NCBI GenBank assembly: GCA_001777575.1
Contig: MFEL01000018.1
Coordinates: 72,264-136,263, forward strand
DNA: 64,000 nucleotides
From: Candidatus Doudnabacteria bacterium RIFCSPHIGHO2_01_FULL_46_24
Lineage (GTDB): Bacteria; Patescibacteriota; Doudnabacteria; UBA920; O2-02-FULL-48-8
Direction: 5' to 3'
The notes under the pieces: generated by a model
What the model was told of the DNA's origin: nothing
Database searches by the model: none
Seen by the model: the letters and a program-made list of their open reading frames with translations, nothing else
Shown: positions 1 to 10,327 of the stretch, one piece after another
How the letters are laid out: every line of letters begins with the position of its first letter
Position numbering within the stretch: the stretch's first letter is position 1
Translations under genes and position numbers: made by a program

Positions 1-346
1 TACGATATAAAAATTCGCCAATTGGCGTCTTAAACTTCTCCGTCTTCTTGCTGGTGGCGGAAGTTATGGCATACACTCCTTCCGGAATTAAGCCATAATA
101 GGACAAGGCCATTTGAAACGAAACATAAGAAGGCGCATAGAGCTTGTTGGCGATCAGGAAAAGCTTTTCCTCATTCAACTGCACATCCACAAACATATAA
201 TAACCGCGGCGCAGCTTCCTGAGATAACCCTTGTCCTGCCATTCGTTCAAACGCCGACGATGAAATTGTGGCTCAATCTTGCGAATGTCCATCAAGGAAA
301 ATACGAAAAAATCCTTTAATTGTGCTTGAAGTTGATTATATTGCAT
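1..346 (-). CDS. AbiEi-family (type IV TA) antitoxin / transcriptional regulator, truncated by window edge
   Basis: Not in the ORF track. Manual translation from ATG at 346: MQYNQLQAQLKDFFVFSLMDIRKIEPQFHRRRLNEWQDKGYLRKLRRGYY...IANKLYAPSYVSFQMALSYYGLIPE. The PSYVS..ALSYYGLIPE motif is typical of AbiEi-like proteins. Confidence 0.7.
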   Translation of the reverse strand, partial: MQYNQLQAQLKDFFVFSLMDIRKIEPQFHRRRLNEWQDKGYLRKLRRGYYMFVDVQLNEEKLFLIANKLYAPSYVSFQMALSYYGLIPEGVYAITSATSKKTEKFKTPIGEFLYR

Positions 347-429
347 ATATCCCTAAAGAATGCTATTATCCACACCCTTTAGAAACAAAATAACATATAA
401 TCTAAAAAAAGACAAATCCCCACAATAAA

Positions 430-1269
430 TTACCTGGCAGCATTAATCACAGTATTTTCAAGCAATTTAGCCACCGTAATCGGCCCCACTCCGCCGGGAG
501 TAGGAGTGATTAGGCTGGCTTTTTTTGAAACCGAAGCGAAATCCAAATCCCCCTTCAACTTCCTACCTTCGAAAGAGACTCCGGCGTCAATCGCCACTAC
601 GCCTTGCTTGACCATACTGCCTTTAATCATTCCGGGCTTGCCCACGCCGGAAATCAAAATATCGGCCATTCTGGTAAATTTCGGCAAATTTTTGGTGTCC
701 TTGTTGCAGACGGTTAGGGTCAAGGGCAGTTTGACTAGAATGTTCTTGAGCGGCTTGCCGATCAAATCCCCAGAACCCACCAGCACCACGTGCTTGGCCT
801 TAAAAATAATTCGATGGTGCTCCAGAATTTCCATCACCGCGGCTGCGGCTGGCGGCAACATTTGATTCTCTCCAATCAATAATTTACCCAAAGAAACCCA
901 AGTCAAAAAATCCACGTCAATCTCCGGCCTGATCCGGTTGAGTATGGCTTTCTTGTCCAAACCCTTGGGCAGAGGCAGTTGGACTATAATTCCATCCAAA
1001 GGATCTTCTTGAATGGCATCCATTTCCACGATCAATTGAGACTGTGAGATATTTTCCGGAAACCGGTATAGCGAAAACTTGACGCCAATAGCTTCGGCAG
1101 CTTCTTGTTTTTTGCGGACATAGGTCAAGGAAGCTGCATCGGACCCAACTAAAACTACGGCAAGGTGCGGCCTGGACCGCCGCCTTGCGATTTCTTTTTT
1201 GAGGCGCTTTAAGATATCGTCGGCAATTTTTTTGCCATCGACTACAATAGGCTTCATAGACTTAAGCAT
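430..1269 (-). CDS. folD: Bifunctional methylenetetrahydrofolate dehydrogenase/cyclohydrolase
   Basis: Motifs YVRKK, GIIVQLPLP and ITPTPGGVGPITVAKL. The true start may be the second Met. Confidence 0.95.
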   Translation of the reverse strand: MLKSMKPIVVDGKKIADDILKRLKKEIARRRSRPHLAVVLVGSDAASLTYVRKKQEAAEAIGVKFSLYRFPENISQSQLIVEMDAIQEDPLDGIIVQLPLPKGLDKKAILNRIRPEIDVDFLTWVSLGKLLIGENQMLPPAAAAVMEILEHHRIIFKAKHVVLVGSGDLIGKPLKNILVKLPLTLTVCNKDTKNLPKFTRMADILISGVGKPGMIKGSMVKQGVVAIDAGVSFEGRKLKGDLDFASVSKKASLITPTPGGVGPITVAKLLENTVINAAR

Positions 1270-1306
1270 TTTACCATGTAACCCAATTCCTTGTATAATC
1301 GTTATA

Positions 1307-1855
1307 ATGGTTACAGAAAAACAAATTAAGGCCTTGGTTAGGCAGGCTCAGCAGGGGGATACCGAAGTTTTTTCCGAAATCTATGATTTGTACGCGCCGA
1401 AACTCTACAATTTTCTTTACGCTCGCCTGCGGCATAAAGAAACCGCCGAAGATTTGCTGAGTACGGTGTTCATGAAGGCCTGGGACAACTTGGGTTCCTA
1501 TCAGCCTCGGGCTTCCGCCAAATTTTCGACCTGGCTGTTTCAGATCGCCAACTTCACGCTCATTGACCACTGGCGAACTAAAAAAGACGTCATAGATATG
1601 AGCAAGGTCGAAAATCTTTCCATTTTCGCCCAGGAGGCGAAGCTTTACGAAAATTACGAATTTCTTTTTAGCGAACTGATCAAGCTGCCGTCAGAATACC
1701 AGACAGTGCTGGAGCTGAGATTCAGGCAGGACTTGTCTGTTTCAGAGACGGCAGAGATCATGAACAAAAGTGAAGTCGGAATACGAGTGCTGCAGCATCG
1801 GGCGCTGAAGCTTCTCAAAAAAAACTTAGCCCTGCGGGGAATCACAGAATTATGA
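1307..1855 (+). CDS. ECF sigma-70 factor
   Basis: AEDLLSTVFMKAW and FSTWLFQIANFTLIDHWR (region 2); LSVSETAEIMNKSEVGIRVLQHRAL (region 4). ATG at 1307 chosen as start. Confidence 0.9.
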   Translation: MVTEKQIKALVRQAQQGDTEVFSEIYDLYAPKLYNFLYARLRHKETAEDLLSTVFMKAWDNLGSYQPRASAKFSTWLFQIANFTLIDHWRTKKDVIDMSKVENLSIFAQEAKLYENYEFLFSELIKLPSEYQTVLELRFRQDLSVSETAEIMNKSEVGIRVLQHRALKLLKKNLALRGITEL

Positions 1856-2565
1856 AATTTTTCAGAAACAATGACAAACTGAAAGAGATGCTGAAGCAAT
1901 CGCAGCGCGATTTTTCCTTTGATCAGAAAGCGGTTAAGCAGACGGTTCTGGCGCATGCTGGGACTCATCAGCCCGTTCTGCTCGCGAAAAGTTATCGCTT
2001 GGCTTGGGCTTACACTTTTGCGGCCTTAATGCTGTTTATCGGACTCGGCACGACCTTAACGTATGCCAATACTGCCAAACCCGGGGACCGGCTCTATGCG
2101 ATGGACACCCTGCACGAACAGGCGATCTTGAAGCTGCCCCTGCCAGCGCAGACGAAAGCCAAAATCCAAGCCAACATTGCCGCCGAACGGACAGCGGAGC
2201 TAAACCAAATCAAAATCACCGGCAACAAAGTCGAACTGAAACTGAAAGCCGTCGAAACTTCCCAGCAGTCGCTGACGCAAGCAGTTGACAAAATTACGGA
2301 GAATCGCGCCAAATTCAAATTGCGCGGAAAAGAAAAGAGCGTCCATCAAATGGACGCGGTCCTGCTGAAACTGGAACAGCTGGCCTCGGAACAAGAACAA
2401 AAAGGCATCGAAATAAAACAGGAGCTGTCCGATCCCCTAGACCGGCTCGAGATCGAAAACCGGCTTGAGGAAATCAAAAAGGCGAGAACCAAAGCTCACC
2501 GACACCTGCTCGATCAAGAAGTGGAGATCGAGGGCCCAACCAAATATTTGGACAGTCCTTTGTAA
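1852..2565 (+). CDS. Putative anti-sigma factor, DUF5667-like membrane protein
   Basis: Overlaps the ECF sigma stop; single TM followed by AKPGDRLYAMD..E (DUF5667-like) and a helical C-terminus. Confidence 0.65.
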   Translation: MKFFRNNDKLKEMLKQSQRDFSFDQKAVKQTVLAHAGTHQPVLLAKSYRLAWAYTFAALMLFIGLGTTLTYANTAKPGDRLYAMDTLHEQAILKLPLPAQTKAKIQANIAAERTAELNQIKITGNKVELKLKAVETSQQSLTQAVDKITENRAKFKLRGKEKSVHQMDAVLLKLEQLASEQEQKGIEIKQELSDPLDRLEIENRLEEIKKARTKAHRHLLDQEVEIEGPTKYLDSPL

Positions 2566-3272
2566 AAATCACGCTGGGTAGCAAGCTGCCCGCTGACCCC
2601 GGCCCAGACCAATTGCTTGTTTTCCAAATCAAACACTATTTTATCCAAGACCCGGGCCGGGACTTGGGGATTTTGGAAAACTTCCAGCTGGGAGGCGGAT
2701 AATTGCAAATTGATGCTTAAAAATTGCGACAACGCGCTGTATTCTTCCGCTCGCAATAACTTATGCGCCGTATACGCTCCGGCCGCGGTCTGCCAATCGG
2801 AATTGGAATAAACATCAGACAGGTAGGCGATATAATTTCTGGTTGCCTCTTTCGGCTCGGCCCGCTTAAATTCTTCATCGGTAATCCCCATGGCCGCAAG
2901 CAATTTAAGCCATAGTTCGCGGTCATGGCCAAGCTCGTCGCTGCGGCTCTGCTCCAACAGTGAGAGCGATGTTTCAGCCAAGGGGTCGTTTGACTCCGAG
3001 AGGTTGCCTATGGCGAAGCCCAAAAATCCCGGGTCGCCGGAGGGGCTGCCCCAAAACGCTTCTTCTGCCAGGAACCGCTGGAGCATAAACTTGCGCATTT
3101 TTTCAATCCGCGGCTTAGCGCCTCGAAGCAGCTGCAATTCGGTCCAGGCTTTGACCTCTGTGCCAATAAAGGCAAACAGCCACTCGATAAATTGTTCGCC
3201 CAATAAATTTTGGATTGCTTCTTCGGGTTTCTGCATGATTCTATTGTAAGCTGGCTTACGCCTTTTGTGCAA
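2514..3272 (-). CDS. Heme-oxygenase-like / TenA-PqqC-CADD-type helical protein
   Basis: DELGHDRELWLKLLAAMG and AAGAYTAH resemble the iron-containing redox enzyme family. Confidence 0.45.
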   Translation of the reverse strand: MHKRRKPAYNRIMQKPEEAIQNLLGEQFIEWLFAFIGTEVKAWTELQLLRGAKPRIEKMRKFMLQRFLAEEAFWGSPSGDPGFLGFAIGNLSESNDPLAETSLSLLEQSRSDELGHDRELWLKLLAAMGITDEEFKRAEPKEATRNYIAYLSDVYSNSDWQTAAGAYTAHKLLRAEEYSALSQFLSINLQLSASQLEVFQNPQVPARVLDKIVFDLENKQLVWAGVSGQLATQRDFYKGLSKYLVGPSISTS

Positions 3273-3476
3273 CTGTGCTAAAATGGCCTTATTAACATGC
3301 CTTTCCCGGACTCTGCTCCAGGATCTAATCCCAAACCCAATGCAAGCTCAAAATTTCAAAGAAATAGCCCAGGGTATTTACAATATCATCGCCAGTGGCT
3401 TAATCGTCTTGCTTGAATGGGTTCGAAAAAAATCCCCTCGTTAAAAAACCCCGCTGCTCGCGAGCTGCGGGGTTTT

Positions 3477-4433
3477 TTAACCTCTCATTATAATCACGGT
3501 TAAATAAAAAATATAAAACGCCACGAAAACTCCGCCTTCCCAACGCTCCAGCCGGTGGTGCTTACCAATAAACATCCAGCCGAACAGCAGCACTGCGGCG
3601 GCGGCGGCGATCATAATATCGAAGTTCAGATCGGAATTGAGGGGCAGCGGCCGGATGACCGAACTTAACCCCAGAATCAAAAAGACGTTGAAGATATTCG
3701 AACCCACGACATTGCCCACGGCTATATCCGGGCTTTTTTTGTATGCGGCAACCAGAGAGGTGGCCAGTTCCGGCAAGGATGTGCCCACGGCGACGATGGT
3801 CAAACCAATCAGGGCCTCGGATAGACCAAAGCTCTGGGCAATGCTAATCGCCCCGTTGACAATCCACTGGCCTCCGACCACCAACCCGAACAGGCCAAGT
3901 GCAATCATCCCGATGGAACGGAATAACGAATACTGCTTGGGATGAGCCAAAAACTCCTCGCCTTGGGCCTTGGCAATGCCAAAAGTGTAGTAAAGGAAAA
4001 TGATAAAGAAGGCCAATAAGGACAATCCATCGCTGCGCGTCAATAAATCAAAATCCATCCGGTCAACCAATCGGTCGTTGGCCATAAAAAACACCAAGGC
4101 AACGGCCAGCAAAGACAATGGAATCTCCTTCCAAACCGTGCCCTTGGTGACTTTCAGCGGGTAAATCACCGCTGCCAAGCCCAAGATAAATAACATGTTG
4201 ACGATATTGCTGCCAATGATATTGCCAACGGCGATGTCGGTATTGCCCTGCATGCTGGCAAAAATATTCACGAACAGTTCGGGTGCCGAAGTCCCGAATG
4301 CCACAATGGTCAATCCGATGACCAGATCTGAGACTCGCAGCCGCCGGGCAATGGAGGAAGCTCCGTCCACCAAAAGATCCGCGCCTTTGATCAGGACTGC
4401 AAAGCCTAGCAAAAACAAAGCGTAAGTAAGCAT
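3477..4433 (-). CDS. Calcium/sodium antiporter (CaCA, YrbG-like)
   Basis: Duplicated alpha repeats GTSAPEL/GNIIGSNI and GTSLPEL/GNVVGSNI. Confidence 0.93.
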   Translation of the reverse strand: MLTYALFLLGFAVLIKGADLLVDGASSIARRLRVSDLVIGLTIVAFGTSAPELFVNIFASMQGNTDIAVGNIIGSNIVNMLFILGLAAVIYPLKVTKGTVWKEIPLSLLAVALVFFMANDRLVDRMDFDLLTRSDGLSLLAFFIIFLYYTFGIAKAQGEEFLAHPKQYSLFRSIGMIALGLFGLVVGGQWIVNGAISIAQSFGLSEALIGLTIVAVGTSLPELATSLVAAYKKSPDIAVGNVVGSNIFNVFLILGLSSVIRPLPLNSDLNFDIMIAAAAAVLLFGWMFIGKHHRLERWEGGVFVAFYIFYLTVIIMRG

Positions 4434-4519
4434 GTAAATATTTTACACTTTTATCCGGGTGTTGACAAAACCGCCTTTTTCAGGTATACTATACTGTTTA
4501 ATAAGCGAAAGGATCAGAC

Positions 4520-5194
4520 ATGTCGAAGCTGGTGACACTTTCAATCCTGATCGCTATTGTCTATTCCTGGGAAGACCTCAAACGCTTCCTCTGGATGATT
4601 ATTCGCTCTAAAGCTCGAAACAAAAACACAACTCGCAGTTTGCATCTCGATCAATTCGTCGCAACTGTCTTGATGTTTGTCAGCTTGCCAATAAGCCTGA
4701 TGTATTTTTTGACCAGCGAAATAGACTTAGGTCACAAACTAATCTTTATCGCAGTAGAGCTTTTGCTCATATCTATTTTGGCCTGGAGTTTGGGCATTTT
4801 TCTCAATCGCCTGCGGTTGCTCAAATTCGCCTCCGGCGCGGAAAAAATCGGCGTAGTCGCCTACTCTGTCATGGGTTTGGTCAGCCCGGGCCTAAGGTGG
4901 GTTGATCCTTGGAACATTGAACGAAGGCTCATCGCCAAATTTACTTTATTCCTGAGTATTCCCGCTCTGGTTGGCTTGGCGTTAAAACAGCTGGTCAATT
5001 GGAGCCCGACAACCGAAGCTTTGCCCAACCTCGATTTCTTGATCCAAATAGCAGTGGCCGGCCTGATGATCAACGTGACAGTCGAATTCCTTGAGCGGCA
5101 CATGAGACGCCATCGCTGGGTCTACCTGTCTGCTTATCTTCGGATTGTGCTTGGGATAGCGATTGGTTTTGCCCTCATCCGCGGCCTAAACTAA
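4520..5194 (+). CDS. Multi-pass membrane protein, distantly UppP/BacA-like
   Basis: Hydrophobic; AKFTLFLSIPALVG and AYLRIVLG resemble the BacA C-terminal segments, but the catalytic N-terminal motif is not evident. Confidence 0.4.
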   Translation: MSKLVTLSILIAIVYSWEDLKRFLWMIIRSKARNKNTTRSLHLDQFVATVLMFVSLPISLMYFLTSEIDLGHKLIFIAVELLLISILAWSLGIFLNRLRLLKFASGAEKIGVVAYSVMGLVSPGLRWVDPWNIERRLIAKFTLFLSIPALVGLALKQLVNWSPTTEALPNLDFLIQIAVAGLMINVTVEFLERHMRRHRWVYLSAYLRIVLGIAIGFALIRGLN

Positions 5195-5225
5195 AACAGC
5201 CCGGTCGACTGACCAGGCTGTTTTT

Positions 5226-7394
5226 TTAATTTAGTCCAAGGACAAAGAACAAGGACTTAAGCAAATCGAATTGATATTGGATCGAGATGCCACGAACTTC
5301 TCCAGAGGCGGATGGCGGTTCCAAACTTGGAGCAGTTGATTCCACAGGCGGTTTGAAATCAAAGGTTGGCGGCTGAAAGCTGCCTGTGGGCGGCTGTGAC
5401 ATCTCTGGTTTTTGCAATGAATCGGAAGGCCTGTCAAATACTCTGTCCTCGGAGCGCTTTTGGCAGAATCGGCCGTTCCAGCTGCCACCCTCCTGGATAC
5501 ACTGCCTCTGCGGATTGAATTCTTCCCTTTTTGGAACAGGAAGATTACCGTCCTCTTCCGGCCTGCGCTTAGATGCTTCATCCGATCCGCCAGCTGGAAG
5601 ATCACCTTCGCGCCGCGGCTCCTCAATCCCTCGGCCCGGAAACTGCTGCTGGCCTGGAAATCCTTCGCCGATCTTTTCCTGAAAAAATGCATTTCTCTCT
5701 TCCGCCCGCTCTTCAAACTTTCGGTACTGGTCTTCAAACTTAAATTCATACCGGCTCTCGAACCGCTGCTTCAAATCCTGCGGGATTTCCCGCTCAAAAT
5801 GCTGCTCAAATTTACGAACCTTATCAGGATCGTCTTGCACATCAAGTAGTTTTCGGAAATTGGCCGCTTGTTGGCGTTCAATCTCGCGAAACTTCGATTC
5901 AAAATTCGCGACTTCGCCCTGCAACTCGCCCTTAAGCTTTTCCAGGTATTCGATATCAGCGGGATTGAATGAGCCTAAGCGCTGGGCAAAATTGCCGTCC
6001 TGCTTCATCCGCTCAGCCATTTCCCGCTTGCCCACCTCCTCCATTTCGGCAACAAACTTTTGCTGCTGGGGCGAAAGCCTGGTTTTCAAATCTTCCATGG
6101 TTTTGAAAAAATTGGCGTCCGGCACAACCTCACCGCTCTCAACTCTGCGGTTTAAGGCCTGAAACTCTTCAGTCAGCGCCTGGGCATTTTGGTCATCGCC
6201 AAACCGGTTCAAAAATTTATCAACGCTCTCCTCATGCTTCTGCTGAACGTGCCGACGGATTTCTTCACTCGGCACAATATCTTTAATTTCATTCATGAGC
6301 TTGAGGTCCTCAACTTTGCCTTCTTTGAACTGAAACATGGCTTCGGTGATGGCTTGGCGGACCGCCTCCGAAGGGCCTGTCTCGATTCGCTTGCTGATAT
6401 GCTCGGCAATTTTGGCTTTCATTTCCGTCATCTTTTCAATCATTTCCGGCGGCAAATCGGCCCGGCTTCGGAATTGTTCCACCACTTTCATGCGCGAAAG
6501 GCCGGAACCGGGCAGTTGCTCGACATATCTTTGAAAAGTTTCAGCCTTGCGGGTGTCAGAACCAGAAAGCGTTTGGAGGTTGTTCTCGACATTGTCCAAA
6601 GACGCTTTGATGGCTTCATCCAGCGCCTCGTACCCATCTGGCAAATGTTCTTTGGCCAGTACCAGCGCCTCGGCCGCCGCAATGCCGGAAAACGGCGTCT
6701 TGAAATGTTTAAACGCCGCAGTCTTAAAAGCCTCGGCGGCTTCGGCGGAATCATCAGACGCTTTCAGCACCGCTTCGGAAGCCACAGCCAGTGCCTCTCC
6801 TTTGGTCCTTATAAAATCCGGGATCACCTCCGGATGATGCGCAAAAAGATTTTCTTGAATACTCGACAATACTCTAGGCGCGACAAATAAATTATCTTCC
6901 GCGACTCTGGCCGCCAACTCCTTGGCAAAATCCCCGTCTTTGTCTTTGATTTTTTCAATTTTATCCCGCACCGCGCCGAGCCTTGATTGGTAATCATCCA
7001 AAATTCCGACAACTTTTTCATTGCCGGGATCCAAGCTTTGCAACTTCACGGCTTCGGCTAAAGTTTTGTCTGATTGCCTCTTGAGCAGCGCTGCTGCTTT
7101 TTGGTCAGAAGCAAATGCCGAATATGCGGCTTTCTGGACATTGCGGCCGAATTTTTTGAAGCTGTAGCGAACTGAATTGAAAAAATTATTCGGCACGACC
7201 GGATCAAAATCAGCCGGCAGGCCAAATTCGGCTTTGATATCAACTTCGCCATCTGCAACCGCTTCGGCCGAAGTGGTTAACTCCTGTTCAACTTCAGCTC
7301 TGATCTCTTCCGATACCTCCTGAGCAAACGAGGCTTGAGGCAAAACTATTAATGACAAAGCCAAAAATCCTGACACGATAATTAACTTGCGCAT
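5226..7394 (-). CDS. Large secreted/surface helical protein, hypothetical
   Basis: N-terminal signal peptide, E/K/Q-rich helical body and P/S-rich tail; 722 aa. Confidence 0.7.
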   Translation of the reverse strand: MRKLIIVSGFLALSLIVLPQASFAQEVSEEIRAEVEQELTTSAEAVADGEVDIKAEFGLPADFDPVVPNNFFNSVRYSFKKFGRNVQKAAYSAFASDQKAAALLKRQSDKTLAEAVKLQSLDPGNEKVVGILDDYQSRLGAVRDKIEKIKDKDGDFAKELAARVAEDNLFVAPRVLSSIQENLFAHHPEVIPDFIRTKGEALAVASEAVLKASDDSAEAAEAFKTAAFKHFKTPFSGIAAAEALVLAKEHLPDGYEALDEAIKASLDNVENNLQTLSGSDTRKAETFQRYVEQLPGSGLSRMKVVEQFRSRADLPPEMIEKMTEMKAKIAEHISKRIETGPSEAVRQAITEAMFQFKEGKVEDLKLMNEIKDIVPSEEIRRHVQQKHEESVDKFLNRFGDDQNAQALTEEFQALNRRVESGEVVPDANFFKTMEDLKTRLSPQQQKFVAEMEEVGKREMAERMKQDGNFAQRLGSFNPADIEYLEKLKGELQGEVANFESKFREIERQQAANFRKLLDVQDDPDKVRKFEQHFEREIPQDLKQRFESRYEFKFEDQYRKFEERAEERNAFFQEKIGEGFPGQQQFPGRGIEEPRREGDLPAGGSDEASKRRPEEDGNLPVPKREEFNPQRQCIQEGGSWNGRFCQKRSEDRVFDRPSDSLQKPEMSQPPTGSFQPPTFDFKPPVESTAPSLEPPSASGEVRGISIQYQFDLLKSLFFVLGLN

Positions 7395-7525
7395 AATTTT
7401 TGTTTTATTTTTTGTTTCTGAGAGCTTTTTTCTCTTATATATAATTATAGCATATTTTCAAATTTTATGCAACATCCCAAAAACCGCAATCCTTAGCGGT
7501 TGCGGTTTTCCCTTTTTTAGAACAT

Positions 7526-7753
7526 TTACATTTGCTGTCCGGCGCTGTCGTTTTTGCACATCTTGCAGTGCTTGCTATGCATAATCAATTCATAAAGCGC
7601 GGAAAGGCCGACTAACACGTAAACCACTTTCGATACGGCCGATTCCATGCCGCCAAAGATCTGGCCCACATCCCAGCCGGTTAACGCCCAAACGCCCCAG
7701 TTGAGTCCGCCGATGGCCAGCAGGATAAAAGTGACCATGTGTAATGCTTTCAA
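7526..7753 (-). CDS. DUF378 family small membrane protein
   Basis: LLAIGGLNWG...VYVLVGLSAL signature. Confidence 0.85.
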   Translation of the reverse strand: MKALHMVTFILLAIGGLNWGVWALTGWDVGQIFGGMESAVSKVVYVLVGLSALYELIMHSKHCKMCKNDSAGQQM

Positions 7754-7944
7754 GTTTGTCTCACCCCCTTTTATATAGGCTAGTTATTAACTTAAGCAAT
7801 ATCACTATAGCACAAATTAAATTATCCCTCGCCAACCAGCCCGGGTTTAGTTATTAGTTAATGGTTAACTCCGATTGTTCGCTTTACTGGCGTAATCGTG
7901 ATACGATTAATTAAGAATCAAGGATGGACAGTTGAATAAAAAAT

Positions 7945-8220
7945 ATGCCAGAAGCAAGGCGGTTCGAACCCAACAATCGGGACTTAGAGATTGAACAACT
8001 CAAGAGAGACTTAAGCAGTTTTGGCATTCAACTTGAAGCCGCGACTGAACAATCGGAAACGAATTATGAACAGATGTCGCCGGATGAAATCATTACGCGG
8101 TTAGTAGAACAGGGAGCCGAGTTTGGTCCGGATTTAAGAAAAGCGTTGAAACGAGCGCTGGCGGGCTTGGGAGGCGCGATGGTCAATGTCAGCAACAAAT
8201 CTATCCGTGTCTTGCTTTGA
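7945..8220 (+). CDS. Hypothetical protein
   Basis: 91-aa ORF with ATG in a run of co-oriented orphan ORFs. Confidence 0.5.
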   Translation: MPEARRFEPNNRDLEIEQLKRDLSSFGIQLEAATEQSETNYEQMSPDEIITRLVEQGAEFGPDLRKALKRALAGLGGAMVNVSNKSIRVLL

Positions 8221-8356
8221 ACAAAGCGCCAGCCATGGACAAAATCCGAAAAATTTACTATAATATAAGAAAGTAAATCAAGAGGCCGCAAAAAAACCTC
8301 TTTAGTAATATATACTGAAACAAAATCAGGCTAGAATCTAATTACATGTTAATTAC

Positions 8357-8809
8357 ATGAATGAACAAACAGAAAAGAATCGCGAGGCTGCCCGGGGAGA
8401 TTTATTGCAAAAAATCGAAGACGCTATTGATCGGGTGGTTGATTTAGGCGAGGAGGCCATGGACCTGGGCATGGACGCGCTGGAAAAAGTCGGTGATAAG
8501 CTGGAGCAAAGCTGGCTTGCGCATCAGATAATAAAGCGGTACGACCGTAGAGGATTTATTGATCCCCGGTTGATTAGTGGCTCTTCCGATGAGTATCTGT
8601 TATCTGTGCACCAAAGGATGAAAGCATTTACCGGGCTTTTAGAGGAGGAAAAAAAATTCATAGCCGCTAGCCCAACCGGTAACGAAGTTCAGGATCGCCG
8701 TGTTCTTGATGAGCAAAACGCTTTAATCGAAGGCAATGCCAGGGATTTGGAAATTTTGCTGACAGAAATAAAAAAGAGAGGACTTGAAAATGCTGCCGAA
8801 ATTGGATAA
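8357..8809 (+). CDS. Hypothetical protein
   Basis: 150-aa acidic helical ORF after an AT-rich spacer. Confidence 0.6.
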   Translation: MNEQTEKNREAARGDLLQKIEDAIDRVVDLGEEAMDLGMDALEKVGDKLEQSWLAHQIIKRYDRRGFIDPRLISGSSDEYLLSVHQRMKAFTGLLEEEKKFIAASPTGNEVQDRRVLDEQNALIEGNARDLEILLTEIKKRGLENAAEIG

Positions 8810-8919
8810 TTTATTTTAAATTTATTGTCTTGCTCGTTCCAAATAATCACTACTCCTGAAACAAAAAATAATTAAAATAAAAAAATATAAATAGAGCCAG
8901 GGGCGATATTCCTCCGAGA

Positions 8920-9180
8920 ATGGATTCATCGGATCCTTACTATAATCCTGATGCCGAAAGTTTAAGGCAGGGAATAATTGAAAAACATCAGGCTAGAATG
9001 GAATCTGAGCTCGCAGATGCGCTTTGCCCGCACGGCAATATAAAATGGCAATGCCGCAAATGCCACGAACAAAACGAAGCCAAAAGAGACGCAGAAATAG
9101 AAAAGATGAGAGCCGACGCGGTTGAGGAAGCAGAGCATTTAGCAGAAAATAAGAATAATATTTATGAGCCAAGACATTGA
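8920..9180 (+). CDS. Hypothetical protein with CPHG..CxxC motif
   Basis: 86 aa; overlaps the next ORF. Confidence 0.5.
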   Translation: MDSSDPYYNPDAESLRQGIIEKHQARMESELADALCPHGNIKWQCRKCHEQNEAKRDAEIEKMRADAVEEAEHLAENKNNIYEPRH

Positions 9181-10327
9181 TCCAAAAAATTTAGGAATCA
9201 ACCCCGAAGAAATGCTGACGGATGAAATTCGGGAGAGTTCGCTGGTGTCAACCCGCCCGTCGCAAACCGGAGAATTGGTCTCGGAAGAAAAAGCTATAAG
9301 TTACCAGGAGAGGAGAGAGCTGAAATTTCAGGAAAAAATAGCGATTTCGCTGGAAAAACTTGCCGGGTATGAGGATTCCCAGTTGCTGGCCGTCTATCCG
9401 GAGTACGCTTTTAACGGTCAAACCACGGAATCCGGCGGGCCTTTGGAGGTTTTAACTGTTGCTGAAATCAGGGAAAAAATAATCCAGATGAGAGACCCGC
9501 AAAAAAATTTTTCCGGCGCCAGACCCGGCATTGGAGCGGGACCGGAACAGATTATTATTGTCTATGATGACTTGCCGCCTTTGACTCAAACAGAGGATGC
9601 AAAAGCCCGCTGGCGCGATTTTTATTCGCGGACCAGGGAGGGTAAAGAACTATTTACCCCTGAAGGAGATCGGAGATATATCGAACGGCTTAAGTTTGAG
9701 GCTCTGAACGAATTGCGCGGCCTGCGCGACGACCGGAGGATAGCGATCCGGAGTATATACGATGAAGAACTGCACATTATTGCCGTGGGCGAGCTTCGCG
9801 AACTTGTTTTGGACATGGAGAACCCAGAAAACAAACTGACTCACGGCCAGGCGTTTGATTTTTGGATTGAAGAGTATTATGAACCGGAACAATATGTACA
9901 GCGAGAGAGGGCTGATCTGGCCTTGCGAGACATCCGGCAGCGTGAACACTTGCTGGCGGAGTTGGCCGAATATAGTGACGACAAGCTGTTAACCTGGGTT
10001 TATCCAAATGAATCTCGTAATTTTTCAACTGGTCAACACGTGATTATGCAAGACTTGGCAGGCGATTTAAGGAAGAGGATAAATCAGGCTGATCATGACG
10101 AATTAGATTGGTTCAGCCACGCCGGAGGAATTAGAGTGATTGCCGTGGGTGAGGTTGACCTGGGTTTAATCGAGCAAAAAATCAGGCAAGCCGAGCAAAA
10201 TTTCCAGGTATTGCTGCAGCAAGTCATCAGGGAAGCTAATCAACGCCAAGTTAAACCCAGAAAAGACAGCGGGATAATTGACATAATCCCGGTTGACCGC
10301 AAATCCTTGCCAGGGGATGAAACATGA
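9164..10327 (+). CDS. Hypothetical protein
   Basis: 387-aa ORF with no motif recognised. Confidence 0.65.
   Translation: MSQDIDPKNLGINPEEMLTDEIRESSLVSTRPSQTGELVSEEKAISYQERRELKFQEKIAISLEKLAGYEDSQLLAVYPEYAFNGQTTESGGPLEVLTVAEIREKIIQMRDPQKNFSGARPGIGAGPEQIIIVYDDLPPLTQTEDAKARWRDFYSRTREGKELFTPEGDRRYIERLKFEALNELRGLRDDRRIAIRSIYDEELHIIAVGELRELVLDMENPENKLTHGQAFDFWIEEYYEPEQYVQRERADLALRDIRQREHLLAELAEYSDDKLLTWVYPNESRNFSTGQHVIMQDLAGDLRKRINQADHDELDWFSHAGGIRVIAVGEVDLGLIEQKIRQAEQNFQVLLQQVIREANQRQVKPRKDSGIIDIIPVDRKSLPGDET

Noticed and set aside
113-319. 68-aa plus-strand ORF
   Set aside because: Shadow of the minus-strand AbiEi-like gene (1-346).
366-374. Perfect DnaA box TTATCCACA (another at 44457-44465 in RT)
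   Set aside because: Isolated single boxes far from dnaA are not enough to call an origin or regulatory site.
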